Positions 62,049-64,000 of a stretch of DNA of 64,000 nucleotides are shown one piece after another. Each line of letters starts with the position of its first letter. Within the stretch, counting starts at the first letter, position 1. The DNA comes from Macrostomum lignano (lineage: Eukaryota). A program made the position numbers and the translations under genes. The stretch spans positions 1 through 64,000 of the forward strand of contig NIVC01001373.1 of NCBI GenBank assembly GCA_002269645.1. The letters are read 5' to 3'. Under the pieces are notes generated by a model. It had not been told where the DNA came from and ran no database searches. It saw nothing but the letters and a program-made list of their open reading frames with translations.

Positions 62049-63920
62049 TTATCGAGTACCTTTAAGCAGACTCTCCACCTCATCAGTCTTCTCCTCGTGA
62101 TTGTCGTCGCTGTCGTTGCCGTTGGTCCGCGGGCCCTCCGTCAGGATGGCGGGGTCCTCTGGCCTCAGGAAGGCGTCGCACCGCTCAGTAGGCGGCGGCG
62201 TCGGCGGCCGTCGCTGGAGAAGGTCGGCCAGCGCCGCAAGGCGGCCGGCGACTCCGGCTAAGCCGGCCTTCAGCTCGGCGACGTCACCGCGCAGACGTCG
62301 CAGCTCGTCGGCGTCGGCTTCGTCGCTAATTAAGCGGCGGCTCGATTGATTAGGCGGCGAATTAGGCGGTGAATTAGGCGGCGGCCTCGAGTGGTGGGGC
62401 CGAAACGAGAAAGAGGTTTGGCGGGTGATGGCTGCGGAGGTGAGGTCCACTGCGGGCCGGGCGCATAGTTATTCAATGGTGTAACGAGGGTCGTTAGAAT
62501 AAATCCGGAAATTTTATTTGCACGATGTCCGTGAATTTGCCGGCTTCCTAAATATAGCCCAAAGAAACTCCAGTTTCCAGGAAGAAAAGATAGGAATTTT
62601 ATCAACGAGCGTTACGCAATCCTAACGAGTGTTTCCTAATCCTAATAGTGCTTCATAATCCTAATGAGTGTTTCCTAATCCTAATAGTGCTTCATAATCC
62701 TAATGAGTGTTTCCTAATCCTAATAGTGTTTCCTAATCCTAATGAGCGTTTCCTAATCCTAATAGTGTTTCCTAATCCTAATAGTGTTTCCTAATCCTAA
62801 TAGTGCTTCATAATCCTAATGAGTGTTTCCTAATCCTAATAGTGCTTCATAATCCTAATGAGTGTTTCCTAATCCTAATAGTGCTTCATAATCCTAATGA
62901 GTGTTTCCTAATCCTAATAGTGTTTCCTAATCTTACATAGTGTTTCCTAATCCTAATAGTGTTTCCTAATCCTAATAGTGCTTCATAATCCTAATGAGCG
63001 TTTCCTAATCCTAATGAGTGTTTCCTAATCCTAATAGTGCTTCATAATCCTAATGAGTGTTTCCTAATCCTAATAGTGTTTCCTAATCCTAATGAGAGTT
63101 TCCTAATCCTAACGAGTGTTTCCTAATCCTAATAGTGTTTCATAATCCTAATGAGTGTTTCCTAATCCTAATGAGAGTTTCCTAATCCTAACGAGTGTTT
63201 CCTAATCCTAATAGTGCTTCATAATCCTAATGAGTGTTTCCTAATCCTAATAGTGTTTCCTAATCCTAATGATAGTTTCCTAATCCTAATAGTGTTTCAT
63301 AATCCTAATGAGCGTTTCCTAATCCTAATGAGTGTTTCCTAATCCTAATAGTGTTTCATAATCCTAATGAGTGTTTTCTAATCCTAATAGTGTTTCCTAA
63401 TCCTAATAGTGTTTCCTAATCCTAATAGTGTTTCCTAATCCTAATAGTGTTTCCTAATATTAATAGTGTCACCTAATGCTAATCAGTGTTTTATATTCTC
63501 ATGAGTGTTTCATATCCTCATATGATTATTTCCTATCCTAGGATCAACTTGAGTGGAATCGACTTCTTTAGTGTTTTGAGTATTTGGTAGAGCATCAACA
63601 GTGATAGGTGAATTTGGCTGAAACAATTTCAAATTATAAAATATTGCCACCCTTCAAGCCCGGACCTGTTGAGTTCCCTCTGCTCCGCTTGAGAATTCCA
63701 ACCAGAGGCGCCGGCGGCTGCAGCGACTGCCCGGCAGAAGCGCCGCCGTCCACCGACGTCGCCTCCCCGCTGACACCGCCGGTGCGCACTCGGACGGAGC
63801 TGCAGCGACGCTGCTGCTGACTGGGCGGCGATGGCGGCGACTGCTCGGTCCTTGAGCTGGCAAAGTACGGCGTCGGCTCGGCACAGAGCAGCGGCGAGGG
63901 TCTGCCAAAGTTCAAAATTT
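62049..63920 (-). CDS. Last two coding exons of an unidentified gene; low-complexity C-terminal tail with a coiled coil
   Basis: Exon 63920-63651 (acceptor TTGCAG, donor G|GTGGCA, phase 1) joins in frame to exon 62449-62049 (acceptor CCGCAG, TAA 62051-62049). Heptad segment LRRLRGDVAELKAGLAGVAGRLAALADLL. The gene runs off the window end. Confidence 0.65.
62618..63470. repeat. 19/20-bp minisatellite (TTTCCTAATCCTAATAGTG), ~44 copies, in the last intron of the minus-strand gene
   Basis: Direct reading. Confidence 0.95.
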
Positions 63921-64000
63921 CTGCAAGGTAAACTTCTGACTACCGTTAGTAACAAAACATGCTTGATTTGAGCACTCAGATTAAAAATAAAGAAATTTTG

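Overview
Eukaryotic (metazoan) genomic DNA. GC-rich exons, short introns and minisatellite-packed introns suggest a free-living flatworm such as Macrostomum, but that is inference only. Genes reconstructed exon by exon with phase-consistent splice sites: (1) a secreted CUB-like/LDLa protein with a GPI-type tail (minus, 61-1673); (2) a 7-exon, 761-aa GPI-anchored melanotransferrin (plus, 12196-22230) lacking several canonical iron ligands in both lobes; (3) ORMDL (minus, 23665-24247); (4) tRNA-Gly(GCC) at 28828-28898; (5) a 5-exon, 356-aa Mad/Mxi (MXD) bHLH-ZIP repressor (plus, 44412-60015) that needs a GC-AG intron; (6) the last two exons of an unidentified minus-strand gene (62049-63920). A candidate multi-exon minus-strand unit lies head-to-head with melanotransferrin. 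Mobile elements: three copies of a hAT MITE, Merlin/MULE-like and Harbinger-like MITEs, a vertnin-type OTU relic, and a young 5'-truncated RNase H-bearing LINE inserted into a minisatellite with higher-order structure. The window alternates between AT-rich, CpG-poor, MITE-bearing domains and GC-balanced domains holding about 20 different tandem arrays. Most long ORFs in the supplied track are repeat translations or antisense shadows. No CRISPR or prokaryotic features were found. Copy numbers and array edges are approximate manual counts.
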